64,000 bases of DNA from assembly GCA_964106915.2 (NCBI GenBank), contig OZ066919.1; one strand, given 5' to 3'. The translations under genes and the position numbers were made by a program. Positions 38,901-50,520 of the stretch are shown piece after piece. Within the stretch, counting starts at the first letter, position 1; each line of letters begins with the position of its first letter. Under the pieces are notes generated by a model. That model searched no databases and had not been told where the DNA came from. It saw only the letters and a list, made by a program, of their open reading frames with translations. Source of the stretch: Podarcis gaigeae. Taxonomy: Eukaryota.

Positions 38901-39227
38901 CCTTTATTTATTTTTTGTTATTGAAATCCTCATTAGTTTCATTATCTGTTCACAACCATCATATGTGATCCTTTACATCCCTCTTGGTTTTTGTTCTCAT
39001 TCTGCCCCCTACAATTATTTTTGGCCTTTGTCTGTAGTGCTAGTGGCAGCAAAACTATGGCTCTCTTGGGTTCTCCCAACCCCACAACATGTCCCAGAGG
39101 TTGAATTGTTCTGGGAACTGTGGGTTCAAAATGGTAGCTGCCACAAAAATGGTGCTCTTTCCCCAGTGGCTGCCCTATTTCTCCCAGAATGCCTTGTAAT
39201 GACCACAACACTGGGGCATGCTGGGAG

Positions 39228-39266
39228 ACAAACAAACAAACAAACAAACAAACAAACAAACAAACA
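39228..39266. repeat. (ACAA)n microsatellite
   Basis: Direct reading. Confidence 0.97.
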
Positions 39267-39384
39267 GGACTGTTCATTCATTGTGGAATGAATGCATACA
39301 CCTGCCCCTGTCTGCAATTTAAGGACACTGTTCCTTCTTACAGGGTTATTGTAATGATTGTTATGTTAATATATGTGCTTTGAT

Positions 39385-39758
39385 TTTTGAATTATGGTGC
39401 TGGAGGAGACTCTTGAGAGTCCCATGGACTGCAAGAAGATCAAACCTCTCCATACTGAAGGAAATCAACCCTGAGTGCTCACTGGAAGGACAGATTGTGA
39501 AGCTGAGGCTCCAGTACTTTGGCCACCTCATGAGAAGAGAAGACTCCCTGGAGAAGACCCTGATGTTGGGAAAGATGGAGGGCACAAGGAGAAGGGGGCG
39601 ACAAAGGACGAGATGGTTAGATAGTGTTTTCGAGGTTACCAGCATGAGTTTGACCAAACTGCGGGAGGCAGTGGAGGACAGAGGTGCCTGGCGTTCTCTG
39701 GTCCATGGGGTCACGAAGAGTCGGACACGACTAAACGACTAAACAACAACAACAACAA
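39385..39758 (+). mobile_element. BovB 3' fragment, same subfamily as the 36155-38900 copy
   Basis: Encodes FELWCWRR...TRLND, has a (CAA)n tail and a perfect 12-bp TSD atgtgctttgat (39373-39384 / 39759-39770). Confidence 0.95.
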
Positions 39759-42438
39759 ATGTGCTTTGATAACTCCTAAACAGCCATATGCATATTACTG
39801 CCTTTGAAACATGGGGTGTTATAAATTTCAGGCCTTCATATTTATGAAAGGATCTTCACCAGTGGGAAGTTGAAACTGCCTGGGTATCCCATGCTACCAA
39901 GTCTAGTTGTGCATGTGGCAAATTAAAGGCAGGGAGGTCTCACTAGAAGATCTGTGAAAGACTTTAATGCAGAGAAAGTTAATACAATCTAAAGTGTTAA
40001 AAGGGTCTTGAAAGATTTGCGGCATCATAGAACGGTGATTGTCCTGAAATTTAAGGGGAATGTTTAACATGCTTATGGAAAAATAAAACTATTTATTAAC
40101 CTGCCTTGACAGGTTTCTTTTTTTCTGGTAAAATTCTTGCTAGTTTATTCTCCAAGAATGGAGTATTATTTTCGGTTGAGGAAAGACTATACCCTGTCTA
40201 TAATCTGCTTTATGGTGTCCATCCATTCTGGGGCAGTTATTCTCTTTGAATCATTGTGTGCACCTAAAAATTCTATGAAGCTTCAACATGTTTCTTGGGT
40301 TCCCCTGCAAAGAAATTTTCTATACTCAGAAGTTTATTTTAAATAGGAAAAATATTATATGAAATAAATCATATGGAAGTATTTATCAGCACTCACTTCT
40401 TTAACTTTTCCAGTGTCTGGTTTCAAAACCCATTTCCAAATGACTGAAGTTCATACATGGTCTTTAAAAAAAAAAGTTTCAGAAGAAAATGTTTTAGGAA
40501 AATTACCTCAGGGTTTATTGTGTACTTATTCTGGGTTAAATAATAATAATAATGCAACATAGGAAAATGAGTTTATTAAGAACAGAAGGAAAATGGCAAA
40601 GAAGCAGGGAAGATTTTTGACAGAAAAAAAGGTCTGGTTTGTCATAGAACAATTACTCCAAAATAGTAGGTTGGGAGGCCCACCCCCTTCTTTGGCTTAC
40701 AGGAGTCTCTAGGGGAGGGTGACATTAGCAAGGGAAATAACCTTGCCAGTCACTTGACCCAAGTGATTGCTTCCCCAAAAAGTCACTAGAGTGGCACAGG
40801 AATGCAGCTGATGTGGAAAAAGGCCCCAAACCTTACTGATGATACGGGTTTATGTAGACCTAACACTGCAGATGAGTTCTGCCATACACCTGTACCCACA
40901 CCAGAGTTCTAAGTGCGAGGAGATTCTGTTTCTCTTTTTTATTATTATTTAATATAGAGGCATGCTCAAACATGAAATCCCACACCTCTCGTTTATGATT
41001 ATCCCACACCAATGCCAACTAGTTTGTGAACCTTTACGGCAGTTTCGTTAACAAATGATGCCATTTTTCATCTCTTCATTTATAAAGTTCCTTATAAATG
41101 CTGCACCAGCATAAAGACACCGTATTCAGACTGCTTCACAGAAGCAGGTTTTCCCAAAGAGAAGTTACTTATGTGTGAGAAATGGTGGTTTTGCACATGC
41201 AGTTTGTCATGTGTGATGGATGCACATGTGCTTTTTGTGTGTGTTGTGATTCGGTTCCATAGGATGAGGAGCCACGAGAAAACTGCCATGTGTATGTGTG
41301 CCTAAATTGATGGGATATATGCTTTCCCTTCCATCACATGCAGTGGATTACCTGCAGGTTTCATACACAGAAGAAGCATTCCTGTATCACTGAATCTCAT
41401 ATGAAACAGTCCAAGACAGGGCAGCCCCCTATCCAGAACACAAAAAGGGAATGTCTTCTCTTCCCAAATGCTTCTTCTGTTTGCAAATGAGATTATCCCG
41501 AGGAAAGCATCTGTGTGTTTTCTTTTAACTGAGTCAGCAGAAATAGTGACAGTTGGCAACCTCAGCTGGGAACAGTAAGACATCTTGTGCAACATACTTT
41601 ATTCTCCACAGGTTGCTGAGAGGTACCGTAACATAGCATTACCGATAAAACTGCGTTTTCCCCCTCCCCCTCTCTCTAAAGGGTTATAAAATAACTCTGC
41701 AAATGCCCCGCTCTCCACCTCATCACAGATGTCCTGGCAAGCTCTGCAGTCCAGTCCCTCTTCTCAGCATTTCAGTGATTTGCCCCAAGTGAAATTATGG
41801 CTTCAAATGTCAGAAAGGAGTTGGTAGTTTATAGACGAAAGCTATTGTAAACATGTGCAAGATATTTCTGTGGATGATGCAGAACCAAATTCTGGCTTAA
41901 CTGCTACGGATTGGGGAAAAAAATCTGGATAAGATCTGCAGTTGATTTAAATTTAAGGTTGCCAGGTTGCAGACCAGAAACCTGCACTGTTTTTATTTAT
42001 TTTTATTTTTTACACTCTTCAGGGCAGCAAGGGCCACCAACTTTTGGCCCCTAGCCAATTTCTTTTCTGCCCTTATTGCCCATTTCTTCCTCCTCCCATA
42101 CCCAGCTGCTGTGTGTGCCACAACTGCCCTTGACTTAATTATAGGGGAGGTCAGATAGCAGGGAAGAAATAGGAATGGTTGGGAGAATCAACAACTGCCT
42201 CACCTCCTACTGCATTAAATGTGCAGCACCATCACAAACCCAAGAAAAGCCTTGTTGGATCAAGCCAAAGACTCCTTTAGTTTAGCATCCTGTTCTCACA
42301 GCGGCCAACCAGATACCCATGGGAATCTGGGAAGCCAAACAGCATTCCCCTCGCTTGTGATTTCCATTAGCTGATATTCAGAGTCATACTACTTTGCCAG
42401 TGAAAGTTCTATAGGACACAGCCATCAGGAAGCAAGAT

Positions 42439-42929
42439 GTTGTTGTTGTTGTTTAGTCGTTTAGTCGTGTCTGACTCTTCGTGACCCCATGGACCAGAGC
42501 ACGCCAGGCACTCCTGTCTTCCACTGCCTCTCGCAGTTTGGTCAGACTCATATTGGTAGATTTGAGAACACTGTCCAACCATCTCATCCTCTGCCGTCCC
42601 CTTCTCCTTGTGCCCTCCATCTTTCCCAACATCAGGGTCTTTTCTAGGGAGTCTTCTCTTCTCATGAGGTGGCCAAAGTATTGGAGCCTCAGCTTCAGGA
42701 TCTGTCCTTCCAGTGAGCACTCAGGGCTGATTTCCTTAAGAATGGATCAGTTTGATCTTCTTTCAAGAGTCTCCTCCAGCACCATAATTCAAAAGCATCA
42801 ATTCTTTGGCGGTCAGCCTTCTTTATGGTCCAGCTCTCACTTCCATACATCACTACTGGGAAAACCATAGTTTTAACTATACGGACCTTTGTTGGCAAGG
42901 TGATGTCTCTGCTTTTTAAGATGCTGTCT
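42439..42929 (-). mobile_element. BovB 3' fragment with 16-bp internal deletion
   Basis: (TTG)n tail; 13-bp TSD caggaagcaagat (42426-42438 / 42946-42958). Confidence 0.93.
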
Positions 42930-43120
42930 CCTTGGACAAAGACAACAGGAAGCAAGATATGAACTTAATTATCTCTTTTAAACAGGAGCAAAACAGCAGT
43001 AGCTCTGCCCTGATAGAAAAAAGTTCTGTGATGTCCAGCATCTGAACTATCTAATGTCACCATCTACACAAACATGCATTGCAATCTAGAATTGCTAGAT
43101 GTAAGTGCTAGCACTGAAGT

Positions 43121-43265
43121 GACCTGGGATAGCTCAACTGGTAGAGCACAAAATCTCAGGGTTTTGAGTTCGAGCCCCAGGTTGGGCAAAATATTATTGC
43201 ATTACAGGGATTGGACTAGACTAGATGACCCTCGTGGTTCCTTCTGACTCAACCATTCTATGATG
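43121..43265 (+). mobile_element. tRNA-Lys-derived SINE with CR1-type 3' tail (Squam2-like)
   Basis: Head gatagctcaactggtagagca...gagttcgagccccaggttgggc followed by ggactagatgaccc...attctatgat. Confidence 0.75.
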
Positions 43266-43559
43266 TTAGAGTTCCACTCTTCTTTACGCCATAATCATCA
43301 CATTTAAAAACCTTGTTCTTTGTAAAACTGTCAATGGCTTTCTCCATGCATAGTGAAAGCTCAACAACTGTAGAGACAATGGAGGGTTCAGCCCTTCATG
43401 AGTCAAGCTTCCTGCAGAATCCATAACTTCATGTGCTAACCCTGGATACTCATGGGATGGGTCCTTCTCCCTCCCTCCCTGAACCAGGGCTCCTCCAAAC
43501 TTCACCCCTCTGTCATAGTTCCAAATTCCACAGCGAGAGAATATCTGTCCTGAAGCCCA

Positions 43560-43793
43560 AGGTATTAGATCCATTGAGATAAAGTTACAAGAAGATAGAT
43601 TTCAGCTGAACTTTAGAACACTCAGCAACAGAACCAATTACCAATTACTCAGAGGTGTGGTGGAGCCCTCACTGAAGATGTTCTAGCTGAGGCTGGTCAG
43701 CCATCAGCTGGATGTTATAGCTCTGGATTTCCTGCATTAAGCAGGGAGTTGAAATGGGTGCTTACAAGCACCCTTCCAACTCTATGGTTCTAT
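43560..43793 (+). mobile_element. Old CR1 3' fragment
   Basis: Degenerate match to the 3' end of the 19524 copy; ends cccttccaactctatggttctat. Confidence 0.7.
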
Positions 43794-45699
43794 ATTTTCC
43801 ACGGAGAGCTCTTGTACTATCCCAGCATTGAGGACCACAGAGGACATTCATGCCTCCCCAGACCCAGAAGTATGGGGGGGGGGAGAGAAAGAACATGGTC
43901 TGAAGTGGTTCAAAACTGGAGGACATCTTTATTTGTTACGTAGGCTATATTTGTGAGAGATTTTCTGTTGTCTACTTGTTTTGCTCTTACATTTGCTGCA
44001 ACCAAATGTCAAGGTGTACGTGCTCTTATTGTATCGTTGCTTGTTTTTCCTTGATAACAAGGAAATAACAAGAACAGGTGGAGGACTTCTCTTATGAGTA
44101 TACTTGGGGGCACTGTACTGTGATGTGAGCAATTTAGGTCATTGAATGAGCATTTAGATGCACAAAATCATCAAAACTAGCACAGTTGCCTAGTACTTCG
44201 TGAGAATGACCCTTGTATTGTTAGAAAATGTTAGTACATCCTAGCCACTTTACCATCTAGATGAATATGGGTTAAAGTACTTAGAAACACAGACTGAATA
44301 CCAAGCAGCACACACAAAATATTAGATATAGATCCCTCCACTCTCTCTTTTTCTAGTTTTCCATAATTCCACTGAGTACAGTCTCTGTAACATCAGTTTT
44401 GAATTGCTGCTGCTTCCCCCCTTCTGCATATTTGTCTGCAGCAGCTGTCAGATGGTTAAAATGCCAGTATTACAAGCTGCAATAAATATGTCCTTTCAAA
44501 ACCCTTTGCGATGGTTGTACCCATTGGGAGTTTATGTAACGCACTGAGCGGTTAACAAAATATGCATAAAGAACATTTGCTTCCTGGAGATTTCAGCATT
44601 GTGTGGCAGCTCAGGGATGACTCATGGGTTGTGCATGAGTGTTTGTTTCTTTACACACACACACTTTGTAGTAAAAGCCGTACAAGGCATTCCGTGATTT
44701 TTTTATTATTATTAAAAAAAGTGTCCCAACAGCTATCACTCGGTGGCATCTGTGCAAAATACTAAACTTTAATTCTTGGGGGCATTTTCTCACAGCAGCA
44801 AGAGTGTCATGAAATTCAGGGCAGGAGCCCCAAAACAGAGTTGCTCACATGTGAGGGTTGAAGAGAACAGTTTTGCCTGCGAGTTCTGTGCCCCAAACCA
44901 GCCATGGACTGTGTGAAGCCTGCAGACCCACATTGCCAGCAAAGCAGATGGTTATTTAGACATTTATTATTGTGGTCTTCTGCAGTTTTAACACATCATT
45001 TATGCAAGGCCTGGCGTTACTGCCGGACATACTGTCAAAACAAGGGTACTTTTTAAAACACACATATTTTTCTCCAGACACAAGCAGTGCAAGATCCAGG
45101 GCTGTGACTAGTAGGCGGAAGGATTGCTGGGTGCCCCTTATTAGATCATTTCCCTGCTTCACACAAACATTGAGCAGAGATAATGCTTATTCTTTCAACT
45201 GCAGCATATTCCTTTTTTCAGTCATTTCTGATTTGGCAGCCGTAGACATGATGACATTTCAGAGCTGAATCTTGAGCTTCCTGGAGGCATCATTCATCAG
45301 CCCCCATCTGAGAAGCCAGCTATATGTTGCTGCAGAACAGGCCACCTGGAAATGGTTTGCCCAAGAAAATAGATAATGGACACTAGGCGGGCTCTGGGAT
45401 GGAGACGGAATGCCCTCTCTACATCCTCTGAGATTAAACTTTGGACCTCTTGGAAGCTTGAAGGTTCCCAAACCTTCTCTGAGTTACTAACAACAGCTGT
45501 ATCTGCTATGACTGTTTTAGCAAACTATTCAGCAAAACCTTTGGGTGCTTTACCCTCTGTGGCCCTTTCAGATCTGCATACTATACACAAGTCTTCCATG
45601 CTAGGCTTCTCCACTTTAGGAGAATGCTGGGCAGGCTGGAGGCATGGTCCGTACTACCAAAGGTAGTCCACCAGTACGCATAGTCTGTACAACCAACTT

Positions 45700-46146
45700 C
45701 TGTCTTCGGGGCCCAATAAGCTTAGGGTACAACTCAAGATAGAGGGAACCCCGTGCACTATGGAGTTGGATACCGGCTCATCCTACTCCATAATATCTGC
45801 TAAGACTCTGAAAGAGCTTTGCCCTAACAGCGGTCCTCCTCTCCGCCCGCCCCCCGTAGTGCTGTGGGACTTCCAGAGAAAAAGAATCCTGCTACAGGGG
45901 ATGGGCACCTTCAAGGTCCAGTTTAAGAAGTACACCAAGAATTTGAACCTCATTATAACTGAAGGCACATTCACTAGCCTTCTAGGCCTAGCATGATTCG
46001 GGTCGTTAGGCTTAGGTATTTCAGGGCTTAATCAGATTTCCCCAGGGGCAGATTTTGAATCGATTTGCCAGGAGTTTCCATCAGTCTTCGATGGAACCCT
46101 GGGCCTGTACAATGGACCCCCGATTTCCCTACTGCTCAACCCGTAG
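45700..46146 (+). pseudogene. Ty3/Gypsy pol fragment (aspartic protease)
   Basis: LRVQLKIEGTPCTMELDTGSSYSIIS...SLLGLA*FGSLGL...EFPSVFDGTLGLYNGPPISL; DTG catalytic motif with one in-frame TGA. Confidence 0.85.
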
Positions 46147-47654
46147 GTAAGGTGTATCCCTTTGGCTTAAGTTGCACTGCTGTCTTCTGTCTCAGAGGCA
46201 TCCATCACAGATGCCTCAGTACAACCAGGTTCCCCTGCTCCATCTAAGTAAAACACTGCTGTTGAAGTGGGCTGGGTCCTTGTAACTGGTGAGGCTCCTT
46301 TCAGTAAAATTGGAGCTTGCCACTGAGAAAGAACTGCTCCTCCTAGACAGGGCTTAGTCTAAGGGTGCCTGTAGCTGAAGCAATATCAGAGCCCAGCACA
46401 AGGCCTTGACTCACCTAAGATGAGGTCAGCACTTGTATCATAAGTATGCCTCAACCTGTTGGCTGCTTGGAAACATGTGCCTGACTACTTAGGGCTTTGG
46501 TCTAATCCTGCAGGTCTTTTCTTTTGTTCTTAATAGTACAAGATGAAGACATACAAACTGGTACTCAGAAGGAAATAAAAAAATTAAATAGAACTGAATA
46601 TTTGTTATCCTTGCATTAAATGGCATGACATTTTAGATACAATTGTTATCTTTTTTTTAATTTTCAAGCCTGGCTTAGACTCCAGAATTTGGATTACAGG
46701 TTTGAGCAATTTGATCTCAACCTCTTCCACCATCCCCTTGCCAATTTGTCATTCGTACATCCAAGATAATTCTCCCCTTCACCAGCAATTAGTGAAGATA
46801 AATGTGCTTTCTGAAATGACAGGAAGTTAAGTATAGCTCTCCAGCATTTGCTCAAAAGTACGGAAAGTCTTCGTCTCTGAACAGTCTGGGACCTCCTTCA
46901 ACTTAATGCTGCATATTAACAAAAAAAGAGTGGATGATATTGGAGTTCTTCCCATCCAAACTATGTTTTGTGAAGGTGAAAAAAGAGGTCCACAGTATTG
47001 CTCCCAAATCAGCTGGGTCAGCTGTAGTTTGACCATTCATCACTTTTGTAGAATTATCATTTCATTACTTGCCCTTTACCCTAAGGCCGCAATTTAAAAT
47101 GCAACATTCAAAATAGTTTAAAGGAACCTCTAGTCACAAGAATAGGGTGGGTTCTTTAGCAGTGTCTCACATTCATCTTTGGATATATGCCTCTTCAAGT
47201 TCTGCCAAATGTTCCCTGTTGTTTGCTTCTTGCATCAACCTAAGTTATTTTTCTAGTTAACTTATGTGTGCAAAAAGCTACCTTCCACCGTATTATTATT
47301 CGTGAAGTTATCCAACATAGAACTGAATTGTTCAATTAATGTTTTAGCAGATGTGTGTGTCTTTTCTATCACATTCCAACTCTTCCTGATGGTGACCTGA
47401 ATCTGGGTCTTCATTCCAGTCAGAGCCTCTGGCCAGACTCAGGTTTTGAAAGTGTGTTGGTCTCCACCAGAGGCGCCATGTTGCTCCCAAGATTGAGGGG
47501 GTGTGGCATGTGTGGCAGGTGTGCAGTGTCATATGCGGTGTGTGTTGTCCAGAGGAGCCAGCCACTGAAGCTGCATTGTGTGTGATGTCACACATACGCA
47601 CCACACACCAGGCCACCTCAACATTGAGGGGGCCTGGTCTGCTTCCAACAAATA

Positions 47655-47915
47655 CAGTGGACGCTCGGGTTGTGAACGTGATCCTTGTGGGGTGCACGTT
47701 TGCAACTTGCAGCATTCACAACCTGCAGTGGTGCATCTGTGCACTGTGTGGGTTGTGATTCGGCACTTCTGCGCATATGCAAACATGATTTAGCGCTTCT
47801 GTGCATGCGAGACCGCCAAAACCCGTAAGTAACCCGTTCCGGTACTTCCGGGTTTCGGCGGGTGCGTAACCCAAAAAAATGCAACCTGAAACAGTTGTAA
47901 CCTGAGGTATGACTG
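47655..47915. mobile_element. Tc1/mariner (Tigger/pogo-like) MITE
   Basis: TA flanks; shares the core aagtaaccc.ttccggtacttccgggt with the 15380 copy. Confidence 0.8.
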
Positions 47916-48548
47916 TATTGAGGGGTCCGAAGACAACTCCTTCCCCTAGAGTTGGTGTGCCTGGTCTCATCCATTGGTACCTGTACACACAGCATTTCTG
48001 GAAGACAAGAGTCTCTACATTTGTTTAATCCTCAATTTGCTTCTGAGGAAGCAAAGCAAATGGAGGTGGAACTTCCTTAGAACTGCTGAGTCGCTTTTAC
48101 AAAATATTTATTTATTTAAGAGGGGGGAAGCTCTTAGTGTCCAAAGAAATTGTTTCTACTGTTTGCACTTCTGAAGCGAACTTCCATCTCCGGTGACTGA
48201 CTCAATAGGAAGAGGCTGCACACGTGTGTGTTTTGATATAGGGGAATATAAATAATAAACACTTGCTTATTTTTACCTCTTTGTTGATTCACAGTATTGC
48301 CAATGTAAACTTGGACGGTAAAAGTATCGTGTTCAAATGAAGCAACTATAAATCTAGGTTGGACACATCCTGCCCTAAATATAGCACCATGCCCAGTAAG
48401 TGAATGTTCTTCAGAATCAAGAGCACCAGTGAATTATTAACAGAACCCACACAGTGCTTAAAGAACTAACAGATATGGGGAGGGGGGAAGAAACAAGACC
48501 ATGCTTTTTAAAGAAACTATGATCCATGATCCATATTACGGTAAGTTA

Positions 48549-48628
48549 ATACCTTTATTATGCTAACCAAAGTATCACAAAATAGTGTGGGAGCTTTTGA
48601 GTTCTCCAGAAGTATTCATCAGGCTAGA
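48549..48628 (-). mobile_element. Penelope-like pLTR 3' stub with degenerate hammerhead core
   Basis: Minus strand reads cCTGATGAatacttctggagaactcaAAAgct...ttggttagcataataaaggtat. Confidence 0.55.
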
Positions 48629-50026
48629 TCGGAGGTGGGTGATGTGATGCTCTCCAGATGTTGGGAACTACAACTCAAATCAGCCTAGGCACAATGGCCA
48701 ATGGTCAAGGTGGAAGGGAGTTGTAGCCCAAAACAACTGGAAGGAACTACACTGGCTACCTTTGGGCTAGCTAGATGATGAACAGAGCATTTTGGGTGAG
48801 ATGCGGGAACTTTGGGAGCTGAAGCTGAAGACATGGGGCCTGCATTTCCATGGTGCATATCAGTGGCTGATTCTCCATTTTGAAAACCCATGAACTGCCA
48901 CCCAAATCTCCCATGTGACAGCCATTTCCTGCACTTCTGGAGACGGGGAATCGATCATTGTTATAGTTCCCAGCAGGCTTTCATGCCAACGGCTACTAGA
49001 CACGATGGCTGTGTTCTATCTCCACTTCCAGAGGCATTATGTCTCTGAATACCAACTGCTTGGAATTGCAGAGGGGCAGAGTGCTGTTGTGCTCACATCC
49101 TGCTTGCAGGCTTCCCAGAGGCACCTGCTCAGCCACTGGCCTGATCCAGCAGGCCCATATGATGTCCTTGTGATGCTTGCACAGCATCGCAAGGGCCTCG
49201 TTTGAATATCTGCTACCTCCTCCCATTGAACTCAGTAGGACTTTCTAAGTAAACACGCCTCAGATTGCACTGCTCATGCGATGCATATGCCACTCTTCTT
49301 CCAAGGAACTCCAAGTAGTTTATACATGATTTACAGGTGGTCTTCCATTCAGCTATCGTCTGGGATTAGACCTCTGTTTCAGGAGCGGAACAGTATTATG
49401 CGCCTTCACACCATTCCCTGGGCCGGAGTACTTGATACTGCTTGTCCTTTTTTATTTTTTAAAAAAGCTTATTTCCTTCAAGACTTATTCTGAAGTGGAA
49501 TGAAAAAGGGCCCCAGACTATGACTTCATAAAGTGGAAATGATTTCCCCTTCAGTCACTCCAACACTTGAAAGTAGTAGATTAATGAGTAAAATAGGCAT
49601 GTAATGTATAAAGCAGTTAATATGCACAATCAAAGCAGAAATCCCAAACCACACACCTATGTGGAAGTAGATCACATTTAATTAATAATAACCTGTGGTA
49701 CTGTTAAGCAATTTTAGACTCTGGATTTAATGATCTTGTCCGTCCATCCCCTGTTTAGATGGTAATGGGTATCACTTTACATACTTCAAACTGCAGTGAG
49801 CCAGCTTTGAGGTGTTGAGGGTCTTCTTGGGGTGCTTTACTTCTCCCTCAAAGTCTTGCCCCAACACCACCAGTGGATGTGCCATGTCAGATGCTGGTTT
49901 CCCCATGAGGCTAATTCTACAATATCAGAACATAATTGTCATAGGTATTGCAGATATCATATATAACACTGGCAGTGTGTTTGGGCTTCACCTTCTGTGG
50001 GATCAAGGCCATGTAACCTTGTCTAC

Positions 50027-50030
<4 letters not shown>

Positions 50031-50095
<65 letters not shown>
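50031..50095. repeat. Compound (AC)n(AG)n microsatellite
   Basis: Direct reading. Confidence 0.97.
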
Positions 50096-50100
<5 letters not shown>

Positions 50101-50384
50101 TTTAAAGGCAAATCTGTCTCATTTCCATTTCCTGAAAAAACATGCAAAGCTAAACACAGCTCTCCTTCAAGATTCATACTTTTGTGATGCAGTTCTCCCC
50201 CAAATAACACATACAGAAATGCAATGCACTCGGAGGCAGTGTGCATAAATTCACATGCGGGTGAAAATCATGGGCAAAAAAACACACCAGGTTAGAGGAA
50301 ATTGCTTGTAAAAATATGTATATTGGGCAAACATGCGTATAAAATGTGTATATTAGGAGAAATGCAGGTGGATTTGGGTTAGAA

Positions 50385-50520
50385 CAGGCTTCCTCAACAT
50401 TGGCCCTCCAGATGTTTATGGCCTACAACTCCCATGATCCCTAGCTAGCAGGACCAGTGGTCAGGGATGCTGGGAATTGTAGTCTCAAAACATCTGGAGG
50501 GCTGAGGTTGAGGAAGCCTG
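50385..50520. mobile_element. Palindromic hAT-type MITE
   Basis: TIR caggcttcctcaac/gttgaggaagcctg; perfect 8-bp TSD ggttagaa. Confidence 0.9.

Noticed and set aside
36155-39770. Twin-priming inversion to explain the two adjacent BovB copies
   Set aside because: Both carry the same 3' segment, differ at several sites, and the short one has its own TSD.
43121-43190. tRNA-Lys-like sequence (also SINE heads at 31900 and 33705)
   Set aside because: Anticodon arm degenerate and fused to LINE-like tails; these are SINE heads, not tRNA genes.
45248-45270. atgatga...ctga C/D-box-like pair
   Set aside because: Boxes are only about 10 nt apart, too short for a snoRNA.
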